From an uncultured Gammaproteobacteria bacterium (GTDB taxonomy: Bacteria; Patescibacteriota; Patescibacteriia; Magasanikbacterales; UBA922): a stretch of DNA of 38,232 bases. Where the stretch lies: contig CAZHUL010000002.1 of the NCBI GenBank assembly GCA_964535435.1, positions 1-38,232 on the forward strand. The letters are read 5' to 3'. Positions within the stretch are counted from its first letter, which is position 1. Each line of letters opens with the position of its first letter. The notes below the pieces were generated by a model, which did no database searches, was not told the DNA's origin, and saw nothing but the letters and a program-made list of their open reading frames with translations. A program made the position numbers and the translations under genes. Of this stretch, positions 8,627 to 16,217 are shown in pieces.

Positions 8627-9309
8627 ATACTTTTTAAAATTTCTTTTTGCATTTCTTCACCCAAACTTTTTATAGCCTTTGATAAATGTCCAGAAATTAA
8701 AATTTCTTCAACTTGTTTTTCATTTAAACCTTTTGTATTTAAATAAAACTTTTTTTCTTCATTAAATTTTGTAATGCTTACACCGTGTGAACACTTTACA
8801 TTTTCGTTTTCAATTTTCAAATTTGGAACAGCTTGTACTTTTGCATTTTCACTCAACAGCAAAATTTCTGCCTTTTGATTTCCAATACAACTATTAGCAC
8901 TCGCTTGTACAAACACTTCTTCATTAAGATTTAATTCTGAATTATCATTTACTACAAAGGATGAATAAATGTTTGAAGTAGTTTTATCAGCAATGTGCAA
9001 TGCATTATGTTTCAATTCCAAATTATCATTATTTTTTAAACTTCCAATGCTATAAACCTCGCCAACAGCACCTTCACCAATAAGCTCTAAATCTAGTGAT
9101 TCTTTACCACTACTCCCAGTAAAAACATTATATATTTTTAACTCTGCACTGGCCTTAATAACAACTTTAGTGTTCAAGTCAAAATCAGTATCAAAATTCA
9201 AAATACAAACTGCTTTTATACATTCTTCTACTACAATATTCAGATTCTTAATTTTAAAAATATCTATTGTCACTTCCCTATTAGATTTTATTTTTAAAGT
9301 TTTGTTCAT
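8623..9309 (-). CDS. sufD: Short SufD-like Fe-S assembly protein (228 aa)
   Basis: The gene lies between sufB and sufS. The C-terminal region (KCSHGVSITKFNEEKKFYLNTKGLNEKQVEEIL) resembles the SufB/SufD C-terminal domain. The track start at 9345 is TTG, and the first ATG is at 9309. Confidence 0.75.
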   Translation of the reverse strand: MNKTLKIKSNREVTIDIFKIKNLNIVVEECIKAVCILNFDTDFDLNTKVVIKASAELKIYNVFTGSSGKESLDLELIGEGAVGEVYSIGSLKNNDNLELKHNALHIADKTTSNIYSSFVVNDNSELNLNEEVFVQASANSCIGNQKAEILLLSENAKVQAVPNLKIENENVKCSHGVSITKFNEEKKFYLNTKGLNEKQVEEILISGHLSKAIKSLGEEMQKEILKSI

Positions 9310-9313
9310 AATA

Positions 9314-10732
9314 CTATCCAATAGAATTTTCCATCTCCAAACCAATCAAATTATTTAATTCCAAAGCATACTCAAGTGGCAAAGCTTTTACAATTGGTTC
9401 TATAAAACCGGAAACTACTAATTTTATAGCGTCTTCTTCAGAAAGTCCTTTGCTCATTAAATAAAAAATTTCTTCTTCACCGATTTTTCCAGCTCTAGCT
9501 TCATGAATTATATTCACATCATTATTATGAATTTTCATTGTTGGTGTTGTATTTGAAATAGAATTTTTTCCCATCAAAAGTGCATCACACTCTACAGAAA
9601 CAGAAGAATTTTTTGCTTTTTTATTTACAAAAACCATTCCACGATAAGTAGAAACTCCACCATCAACAGAAATTGATTTTGCTTTTATATTTGACTTTGT
9701 ATTTTCTGCTACATGTATTACTTTTGCTCCAGCATCTTGGTTTTGACCATTCCCAGCAAACGCAATTCCTAAACTATCTGAACGCGCATTTTTACCACGC
9801 AAAATAGAACAAGGATAAAGCATTGTTACACCAGAACCCAAATTTCCATTTATCCATTCTATCATTCCATCCTCATCAACCAATGCTCTTTTTGTATTTA
9901 AGTTGTAAGTGTTTTTTGACCAGTTTTCTATTGAGTAATAACGAACACGAGCACCTTTGCCCACAAAAATTTCCACACAACCAGCATGCAAAGAATTCAC
10001 AGCATATCGCGGTGCAGAACATCCTTCTATATACTGAACCTCACTTCCCTCGTCTGCAATTATTAAAGTATGTTCAAACTGTCCACCGGCCATTGCATTC
10101 ATACGAAAATATGCCTGAAGTGGCAAGGTAACTTTTACGTTTTTTGGAATATAAATAAAAGTTCCACCAGACCAAACAGCCATATGAAGCATTGCAAATT
10201 TATGATCATTAATTGGAACACACTGGGTCATAAAATATTTCTTCACTAATTCGGAATATTTTTTTACCGCTGTATCCATATTTTCAAAAACCACTCCCTG
10301 TTTTTTTAAATCTTCTTGAATGTTGTGGTAAATAACTCCAGAATCATATTGTGCACCAACTCCAGCCAAAGACTTTTTCTCTGCTTCCGGAATTCCTAAT
10401 CTATCAAAAGTTCTCTTTATTTCTTCTGGCACATTTTTCCAATTTACAGATTCTTCTGCGTCTGGTTTTGTATAATAAACAATTTTTTCTAAATCCAACT
10501 CACTCAAATCAGGACCCCATTTAGGAATTTCTTTTTCTACATACAAATCATAGGCCTGAAGTCTTTTTTCTAACATCCAAGCTGGTTCATTTTTTTGTTT
10601 TGAAATTTCTAAAACAACTTCACGACTAATTCCTGGTTTTATTTTGAAAGCGGAAAAATCACCATCCGCCTTGTCATAAAGCATACGATTCTTTTCTAAT
10701 CCATCTATAATTTTCTGCTCTTTTGAAATCAT
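9314..10732 (-). CDS. sufB: Fe-S cluster assembly scaffold SufB
   Basis: The protein is 472 aa with GVVFENMDTAVKKY, HTLIIADEGSEVQYIEGC, TYRG and HEARAGKIGEEEIFYLMSKGLSEEDA, all typical SufB blocks. Confidence 0.93.
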   Translation of the reverse strand: MISKEQKIIDGLEKNRMLYDKADGDFSAFKIKPGISREVVLEISKQKNEPAWMLEKRLQAYDLYVEKEIPKWGPDLSELDLEKIVYYTKPDAEESVNWKNVPEEIKRTFDRLGIPEAEKKSLAGVGAQYDSGVIYHNIQEDLKKQGVVFENMDTAVKKYSELVKKYFMTQCVPINDHKFAMLHMAVWSGGTFIYIPKNVKVTLPLQAYFRMNAMAGGQFEHTLIIADEGSEVQYIEGCSAPRYAVNSLHAGCVEIFVGKGARVRYYSIENWSKNTYNLNTKRALVDEDGMIEWINGNLGSGVTMLYPCSILRGKNARSDSLGIAFAGNGQNQDAGAKVIHVAENTKSNIKAKSISVDGGVSTYRGMVFVNKKAKNSSVSVECDALLMGKNSISNTTPTMKIHNNDVNIIHEARAGKIGEEEIFYLMSKGLSEEDAIKLVVSGFIEPIVKALPLEYALELNNLIGLEMENSIG

Positions 10733-10734
10733 AA

Positions 10735-11940
10735 TTATTTCTGCATTTTCTCTACTTCTCTCAAATTCAAAACTATTTCTGGTAAAAATTTCATTACATA
10801 ATCAATTTCTTTTTTTGTAGTATTTTTACCAAGACTAAACCTAACACCAGATAAATTTCTCTCATTTGAATATCCACAAGCTTTCAAAACGTGTGATAAT
10901 TCTTCTGTTTCAGAAGTACAAGCAGAACCTGTTGAACAAGAAATTCCATATTGATCCAAATAAAACATTAAACTTTCTCCGCTCAAACCCTCAAAAGAAA
11001 CATTCAAATTATTTACCAATCTTTCTTTTCCTAATTCTGCTCCATTCAATTTTACATTTTTAATTTTTATATTAATTTCTTCCCAAAAATAATCTCTTAC
11101 TTTTTGAATTTTTATGTTATTTTTTTCCCTATTTTCATTTGCAAAATCAAGTGCAATTGCAACCCCAACTATTCCAGGGGTGTTTTCTGTTCCAGCCCTA
11201 TAACCCATTTCTTGTTTTCCGCCATAAATTAAAGGTTCTAATTCTAAACCTCTTCTTTTAAATAAAACCCCAACGCCTTTTGGACCATAGATTTTACTCC
11301 CATTTATAGTCATCAAATCTACATGAAGTTTTTCTACTGCCAAATCTAATACACCAACCGCCTGACAAGCATCAGTATGAAAAACAACTTTTGAATCTTT
11401 GTTTTGTTTTCTAAACCTTAGAATCATTTTCCCAATTTCTGCAATTGGTTGAATAGTTCCAACTTCGTTATTTGCATACATTATAGAAACCAAAACAGTA
11501 TTTTTATTTAACGCATTTTTTAAATCTCTCAAATCTATCAAACCATTTTTATCCACTGGCAAATATTTTACTTTAAATCCCATTTCCTTCAACTTTTTAA
11601 TTGGTTCCAAAACTGAATGATGTTCTATTTCTGTTGTTATAATCTCCCCTTTTTTAAAATTCTTACGAATGGTTCCAAGAATCGCCAAATTATTTGATTC
11701 TGATCCACTTCCTGTAAAAATTATACTATTTGAATTTGTTTTTAAATTTTCTGCAATTAATTCTCTTGCACCATTTAAAGCCTTTTTTGCCTCCACACCA
11801 GCTGTATAAATAGAAGAAGGGTTAGCAAAACTATCCTTTACAAAAGAATTCATAATCTCCAAAATACCACTATCCGTACGAGTTGTAGCAGCATTATCTA
11901 AATAAACATTCATTTTAATTTTTGGTTTTTTAGGCAACAT
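10735..11940 (-). CDS. Class I (NifS/IscS/YrvO-like) cysteine desulfurase
   Basis: The protein shows VYLDNAATT, FTGSGSESNN, HTDACQAVG, NGSKIYGPKGVGVL (PLP lysine) and SCSTGSACTS (catalytic Cys loop). An alternative ATG at 11913 (MNVYLDNAATT) is equally plausible. Confidence 0.9.
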   Translation of the reverse strand: MLPKKPKIKMNVYLDNAATTRTDSGILEIMNSFVKDSFANPSSIYTAGVEAKKALNGARELIAENLKTNSNSIIFTGSGSESNNLAILGTIRKNFKKGEIITTEIEHHSVLEPIKKLKEMGFKVKYLPVDKNGLIDLRDLKNALNKNTVLVSIMYANNEVGTIQPIAEIGKMILRFRKQNKDSKVVFHTDACQAVGVLDLAVEKLHVDLMTINGSKIYGPKGVGVLFKRRGLELEPLIYGGKQEMGYRAGTENTPGIVGVAIALDFANENREKNNIKIQKVRDYFWEEINIKIKNVKLNGAELGKERLVNNLNVSFEGLSGESLMFYLDQYGISCSTGSACTSETEELSHVLKACGYSNERNLSGVRFSLGKNTTKKEIDYVMKFLPEIVLNLREVEKMQK

Positions 11941-12331
11941 ATTTGTCCAAAGTAATAGTAGATAAATAATTTAATAAGTCCACATTTATTTTTTGAAAGA
12001 CACTAACAGATTTACAACCTGCCAACATTTTACAATTTCTGTTATACTTAAAGCACTCAACAACATTTGTTTCACCATCTATAATTTCTGAAATGTCTTT
12101 TAGTGTTAACTCAGAAAGTGTTTTAGACAACAAATATCCTCCATTTGTCCCCTTCGTAGATTCTACAATTCCAGCTTCACGCAATTTACCGGCAATTCGT
12201 TGTAAAAAAAGGAAAGATATGGTAGTGTTTTTAGAGAATTGCCGAACACTAAGTGGCGCATTTTCCTCCTGACAAGATAGCGCTATCAAAAACTGAATTG
12301 TATAATCTAATTCTTTGCTAAGTTTTATCAT
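11930..12331 (-). CDS. Rrf2-family transcriptional regulator with three C-terminal Cys (IscR/CymR/NsrR-like)
   Basis: An N-terminal wHTH region (DYTIQFLIALS...LSVRQFSKNTTISFLFLQRIAGKLREAGIVESTKGTNGGY) is present. A Cys triad, VECFKYNRNCKMLAGC (C-x7-C-x5-C), follows. Confidence 0.85.
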   Translation of the reverse strand: MIKLSKELDYTIQFLIALSCQEENAPLSVRQFSKNTTISFLFLQRIAGKLREAGIVESTKGTNGGYLLSKTLSELTLKDISEIIDGETNVVECFKYNRNCKMLAGCKSVSVFQKINVDLLNYLSTITLDKYVA

Positions 12332-12340
12332 AAAACGAAC

Positions 12341-12359
12341 TCATACTGAATTAGTATGA
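12341..12359. promoter_or_regulatory. Candidate Rrf2 operator: 7-5-7 inverted repeat TCATACTgaattAGTATGA
   Basis: A perfect 7-bp inverted repeat lies in the 59-bp divergent gap between the Rrf2 gene and the FNR-like gene. It overlaps the predicted -10 of the Rrf2/SUF promoter. Confidence 0.6.
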
Positions 12360-12384
12360 TATAACAATAATCCACTTTTGTCAA
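12356..12384 (-). promoter_or_regulatory. Sigma70-type promoter of the Rrf2-SUF operon (TTGACA-17-TATCAT)
   Basis: The minus strand reads TTGACAaaagtggattattgttaTATCAT. The -35 is at 12379-12384 and the -10 at 12356-12361. Confidence 0.6.
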
Positions 12385-12390
12385 CAAAAT

Positions 12391-13074
12391 ATGCAGACTT
12401 TTGAAAGTAAAATTATAAATATAAAGAAAATTGCTGAAAATACGATTTCTATAGAAACAGAAAAGCCAACAGACTTTAATTTTAGTGCTGGACATTTTTT
12501 ACAATTTCTAATTCCAACGCCAGAAAATGAAGTTCTACGTTCTTATTCTATAGCTTCATCCCCACAAGAACACACTCTTCTTTTTTGTATAAAACTTGTC
12601 AAAGATGGTGTTGCTTCTGAATACTTAAGAAATTTAAAAAACGGAGATATTTTGAAAATGAAAGGAACTTTTGGAAGATTTACCGAAGAAGAAAATAATA
12701 ACTCACTATTTTTTGTTGCAACAGGCACAGGACTCGCCCCAACAATTTCTATTATAAAAGATCAGCTAAAAAATAAAGGAAACAAAAATAAAATCCACCT
12801 ACTTTTAGGATTTCGTTCTGAAAATAATATATTTTGGCAAGAAGAATTAGAAAATCTAGAAAAAGAATATTCAAACTTCACCTATATGTTGACCCTTTCT
12901 CAACCTAGCGAAAGTTGGAACAACATGCAAGGACGCGTCACACTATATTTTAACCACCCATCACCAAGCTACAAGTACTTTATGTGTGGAAACCAAGGAA
13001 TGGTCTCAGAAATACGCCAAATTTTACTTGAAGGCGGAATAGACAACTCCCAGATACACTTTGAAATTTTTTAA
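12391..13074 (+). CDS. Ferredoxin-NADP(+) reductase-like FAD/NAD(P)-binding oxidoreductase
   Basis: RSYSIAS (the RxYS FAD motif), GTGLAP (the NAD(P) motif), a late CGNQGM and the C-terminal HFEIF are present. The two-domain FNR-family length is 227 aa. Confidence 0.8.
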   Translation: MQTFESKIINIKKIAENTISIETEKPTDFNFSAGHFLQFLIPTPENEVLRSYSIASSPQEHTLLFCIKLVKDGVASEYLRNLKNGDILKMKGTFGRFTEEENNNSLFFVATGTGLAPTISIIKDQLKNKGNKNKIHLLLGFRSENNIFWQEELENLEKEYSNFTYMLTLSQPSESWNNMQGRVTLYFNHPSPSYKYFMCGNQGMVSEIRQILLEGGIDNSQIHFEIF

Positions 13075-13088
13075 AAACATAAAACATC

Positions 13089-13117
13089 AAAACACCTTGA
13101 CAAAAAGGTGTTTTTTT
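13089..13117 (+). terminator. Intrinsic terminator of the FNR-like gene
   Basis: aaAACACCttgacaaaaaGGTGTTttttt: the stem is followed by a T tract, and the loop contains TTGACA. Confidence 0.65.
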
Positions 13118-13125
13118 GTTAAAGT
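13097..13125 (+). promoter_or_regulatory. Promoter of the 13185 gene (TTGACA-17-TAAAGT with TG extension), embedded in the preceding terminator
   Basis: TTGACA is at 13097-13102, followed by a 17-nt spacer and TGtTAAAGT at 13117-13125. An AAGGAG SD lies at 13171-13176. Confidence 0.55.
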
Positions 13126-13184
13126 TAGCGCGGTTTAGAGTTCGCTAAACTAAAGGTTCCTTAACATTTGAAGGAGAAAGAAAA

Positions 13185-13796
13185 ATGAAAAAACAAGAAG
13201 AAGTGTCTGCGGTTCAGATAATAATGCCAAATTATGTAATTGAACCTCTTCCAACACTTGGTCTAGACTATTTTCTTCTTTATACTCACAATCCTGAGTC
13301 TAATTTTGTTACTATCTTCTCCAAAGAAAAACTAACAGAATTCGAAACTGCAATACTATCGTATACAGACCTTTCTAACGAAGAACATAGAAATATGATA
13401 GAAAGTAGAGTAAAATCAATAAAAGAATTGGCAAACACCACAAAACTATTAGAAACAATAGACGATGTAATCGAATTAGTAAGAAATTTTGAACTACCGA
13501 AAGATTTTCAACCTTTACTTCAGTTCGAAATATGTAACGATATTGACTGTAAAATAAAAAATATTCACGGAAGAATTATTATACCTACTCCAAAAAAATT
13601 CCAAATAATTTTTAGAAATAAAACCCCAGAACAAATGGTAGTAGAAGAAGGCATTCCCTCCTTTTCAGAAGGTTTTAATATATGTCTACTAGAACAAGGA
13701 TTTTCTGGTCCTGAATTGATTTATGTTTTAAAACAAATGATAGATATGGGTTTACCACCACGCATAGAAAAGAAGAAAAAGAACCTGCAAAACTAA
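13185..13796 (+). CDS. Hypothetical cytoplasmic protein (203 aa), no recognisable domain
   Basis: The ORF has its own consensus-like promoter, a strong SD (AAGGAG, 8-nt spacing) and its own terminator. There are no TM segments and I recognise no motifs. Confidence 0.7.
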   Translation: MKKQEEVSAVQIIMPNYVIEPLPTLGLDYFLLYTHNPESNFVTIFSKEKLTEFETAILSYTDLSNEEHRNMIESRVKSIKELANTTKLLETIDDVIELVRNFELPKDFQPLLQFEICNDIDCKIKNIHGRIIIPTPKKFQIIFRNKTPEQMVVEEGIPSFSEGFNICLLEQGFSGPELIYVLKQMIDMGLPPRIEKKKKNLQN

Positions 13797-13814
13797 GAGG
13801 TTTAAGAAAAAAGC

Positions 13815-13844
13815 AAGAGCGTTGAAATTCAACGCTCTTTTTTA
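13815..13844. terminator. Bidirectional hairpin terminator between convergent genes
   Basis: aAGAGCGTTgaaattcAACGCTCTtttttt. Confidence 0.7.
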
Positions 13845-13849
13845 TTTAT

Positions 13850-14434
13850 TTAAATTTTCTCTACAAACGAATTTCCATCTTCTGTTTTGCATTGCCTTGG
13901 GTAACTTTCCATAACTGGATAGCCCGCTTTCAGACACTCTTTAAAATCTGTTATAAAACTACTTTCCAAAAAAAGTCCACCTTTTCCTTCTTCCTTTTTT
14001 AATAATTCTTGTACTAACTCTTTTGCCGATTTGTCACCTTCTACTTTTATTCCCAATCTTTCACTAACTTTTTTCAATAATTGTTCATAACCTTCATTAG
14101 AAATAGTTTGCTCCGCAGAAGTTACTGACTGACCTGTGGTTCTTTTATATAACAGTTCCCCGTCTTTATACTCGTATACTCCTTCCAAAGATTTTATATC
14201 ATCAAAATCAGACTGAAAAAGACCAGGGAAAGCCTTCAAAAGCATATATGCGTCAAACCCCTCGATTGGTTGTCCGACAACCTCTATCCCAGTCTCCACA
14301 AGATTAGATTGAAAGGTTTTTGCGGCATCACTCTCATTAAATTTATTTTCTTCACTTGTGGGGCTTTTTGCCAACCAAATTACAGCAAACATGGTAATCG
14401 CAACGACTCCCCAGGTTAAAATTCTTTTTTTCAT
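13850..14434 (-). CDS. N-terminally anchored exported protein with a C-terminal two-Cys module, unknown function
   Basis: There is an N-terminal TM/signal anchor (ILTWGVVAITMFAVIWLA). The C-terminus reads FKECLKAGYPVMESYPRQCKTEDGNSFVE. Confidence 0.6.
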   Translation of the reverse strand: MKKRILTWGVVAITMFAVIWLAKSPTSEENKFNESDAAKTFQSNLVETGIEVVGQPIEGFDAYMLLKAFPGLFQSDFDDIKSLEGVYEYKDGELLYKRTTGQSVTSAEQTISNEGYEQLLKKVSERLGIKVEGDKSAKELVQELLKKEEGKGGLFLESSFITDFKECLKAGYPVMESYPRQCKTEDGNSFVEKI

Positions 14435-14445
14435 ACTACACTTAG

Positions 14446-15558
14446 TTATTTTACAACTTTTATTAGTTCCACTTTATCTTCTATTTCAACCACAACCTTA
14501 ATCTTTACTCTTCCAACAACTTGCCCCCGCTCTGTCTCTACCAAAACTCGCCATTTACCAGGCGCTGGATTGGTTTTAAAAGAATAACCACGAAAACCAT
14601 CTCCCCTACCTCCAATTATAGCAAAACCTAAACGTTCTTTGTCAAGCCATCTACCTTCTTTTTCGCTATAATATTGCCAATGATGATAAATTTTTGTTTT
14701 TAAATCTGATGGCGCAAAAATTGCAGAATAAATATAAACCTTTTCTCCTTGAGCTATAGTAATAGTTTGTCCAGGAATAATTTTATCTAAAAAGTTTTCT
14801 TTTTCACCGGTAAGCATATAATCTCCACCTTCCCTATCTATATTATGATAGACCCCCGCTTCACGAAGTGCAAGTGGAATTGGTGGAATTATGTTTGCAA
14901 AATACAAAAAATACATCCCAGAAAAAATTACAGCAATCACAAGTACAAAATAAAACTTATTTCTTTTTACGCTTGGAACAAGTTTAGAAAGTAAATAAAT
15001 ATATAAAGAAATTAAAAGTAAACTCACAAAACCACCCAATACAAATGGCCAAGCACTAACAGTATTTAATAAAAAAGATAAAAACAAAACAGAAATTGAA
15101 AACAATATAAAAAAGTAAACACCAACTTGGACAACAGGTTTCAAATAATATTTTCTAAAAATATCGTTAGACACCATAAGTCCCGCAATTATCAAAACAA
15201 ATGGCCAACTAGCAGAAAAAGCCCCGCTAAACCAATAAAAAATAAGTGAGGCACTAAGCAAAGCTCCGAAAGTAAACTGGATAAGCAGTGGCGAGTAGAG
15301 CCGAATATAGCTCCAATAAATAGTCCTGTGCTCTAAGCCACTGTCATCATAATAATTTATAAAAGCTATTGTCAGCCCAGCCAAAAATATATAAACCCCT
15401 AAAATAATGAAGGCTGTACTTAATTGAATTGCCTTAAAAGTAATAGCGTCCATCACCACACCACCAATCAAAAAAGCTGGTAGCAAAAATCTTTCATATT
15501 TTTTCTGCAACTTTTGTAAATTTTGAAAATGCTTTGATTGTTTTATTCTTTTTAACAC
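14446..15558 (-). CDS. Polytopic membrane protein with a C-terminal beta-rich extracytoplasmic domain (DUF2914-like)
   Basis: About 8 TM helices are followed by IPPIPLALREAGVYHNI..., HHWQYYSEKEGRWLDKERLGFAIIGGRGDGFRGYSFK and GKWRVLVETERGQVVGRVKIKV. The start codon is GTG (15556-15558), and the next Met lies inside TM1. Confidence 0.6.
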   Translation of the reverse strand: MLKRIKQSKHFQNLQKLQKKYERFLLPAFLIGGVVMDAITFKAIQLSTAFIILGVYIFLAGLTIAFINYYDDSGLEHRTIYWSYIRLYSPLLIQFTFGALLSASLIFYWFSGAFSASWPFVLIIAGLMVSNDIFRKYYLKPVVQVGVYFFILFSISVLFLSFLLNTVSAWPFVLGGFVSLLLISLYIYLLSKLVPSVKRNKFYFVLVIAVIFSGMYFLYFANIIPPIPLALREAGVYHNIDREGGDYMLTGEKENFLDKIIPGQTITIAQGEKVYIYSAIFAPSDLKTKIYHHWQYYSEKEGRWLDKERLGFAIIGGRGDGFRGYSFKTNPAPGKWRVLVETERGQVVGRVKIKVVVEIEDKVELIKVVK

Positions 15559-15563
15559 AAAAT

Positions 15564-15592
15564 AATAGACTTATCTTTTAAGTAAGTCTATT
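15564..15592 (-). terminator. Hairpin terminator of 15627..16190 (10-bp stem AATAGACTTA/TAAGTCTATT)
   Basis: A perfect 10-bp inverted repeat has a 9-nt loop and is followed on the minus strand by ATTTTGTG. It overlaps the -10 element of the next gene. Confidence 0.55.
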
Positions 15593-15598
15593 ATACCA
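15590..15598 (-). promoter_or_regulatory. Extended -10 promoter (TGgTATAAT) for the DUF2914-like gene
   Basis: The minus strand reads aaaaaTGgTATAATagactta. The consensus TATAAT is at 15590-15595. Confidence 0.5.
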
Positions 15599-15626
15599 TT
15601 TTTATATTTTTTGATGTATTTCTTTG

Positions 15627-16190
15627 CTAGTCAAATTTAAGTGTGGCCATTATATCTTGTAATTCTACGGTATCATAACTTGCTTGATATACTCTAAAAG
15701 ATACTATACGGTCCTCGTGTTTTGTAAAATATCCAACAACCTCATATAGTTCACTAATAGTAATTTTTAAAAAATTATTACTGCCAATTGTAATATTCTG
15801 GTATGGAATACCTGTTTTAACCGTTACTTCCTCCAACGAATTACCAGGTAAATCAAACTCTGCAATAAAATATTGATCTAATGACTGAGAAGTAGTTTCC
15901 ACTTTAATTTCATAATGTGGAATTTGGCAAGTATTACATTCAGATGGTGGGTTTATATGATTTTTATATTCTTCTGACGTCCAAAGCCCCTTGTCATCAG
16001 CGATATATTCAGCTGGATATGTAAAAGATATTCCATTTTCATTCCAAATTTTTTTCTCTTCTAAAACTTCAGTCTGTTTCTGTTCAGGAATTATTTTTGA
16101 TGTTTCTTGCAAAATATAAAAAATTCCACAAAATACAGAAGATAGAATAAATAAAGAAAGAAAAATTTTATTTTTGTGTGACATAACCAT
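15627..16190 (-). CDS. N-terminally anchored exported protein, unknown function
   Basis: This 187-aa protein has a TM/signal anchor (IFLSLFILSSVFCGIFYIL) followed by a soluble domain containing a CNTC pair. Confidence 0.6.
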   Translation of the reverse strand: MVMSHKNKIFLSLFILSSVFCGIFYILQETSKIIPEQKQTEVLEEKKIWNENGISFTYPAEYIADDKGLWTSEEYKNHINPPSECNTCQIPHYEIKVETTSQSLDQYFIAEFDLPGNSLEEVTVKTGIPYQNITIGSNNFLKITISELYEVVGYFTKHEDRIVSFRVYQASYDTVELQDIMATLKFD

Positions 16191-16217
16191 CTTAATTCAT
16201 AATTAAATTTATTAGTC

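Noticed and set aside
13158-13176. The SD-sequestering hairpin (TCCTT/AAGGA) upstream of 13185 as a riboswitch or thermosensor.
   Set aside because: Only about 5 bp of pairing is possible, and short complementary matches of this kind are common by chance. I mention it under the orphan-gene finding but do not call it as a feature.
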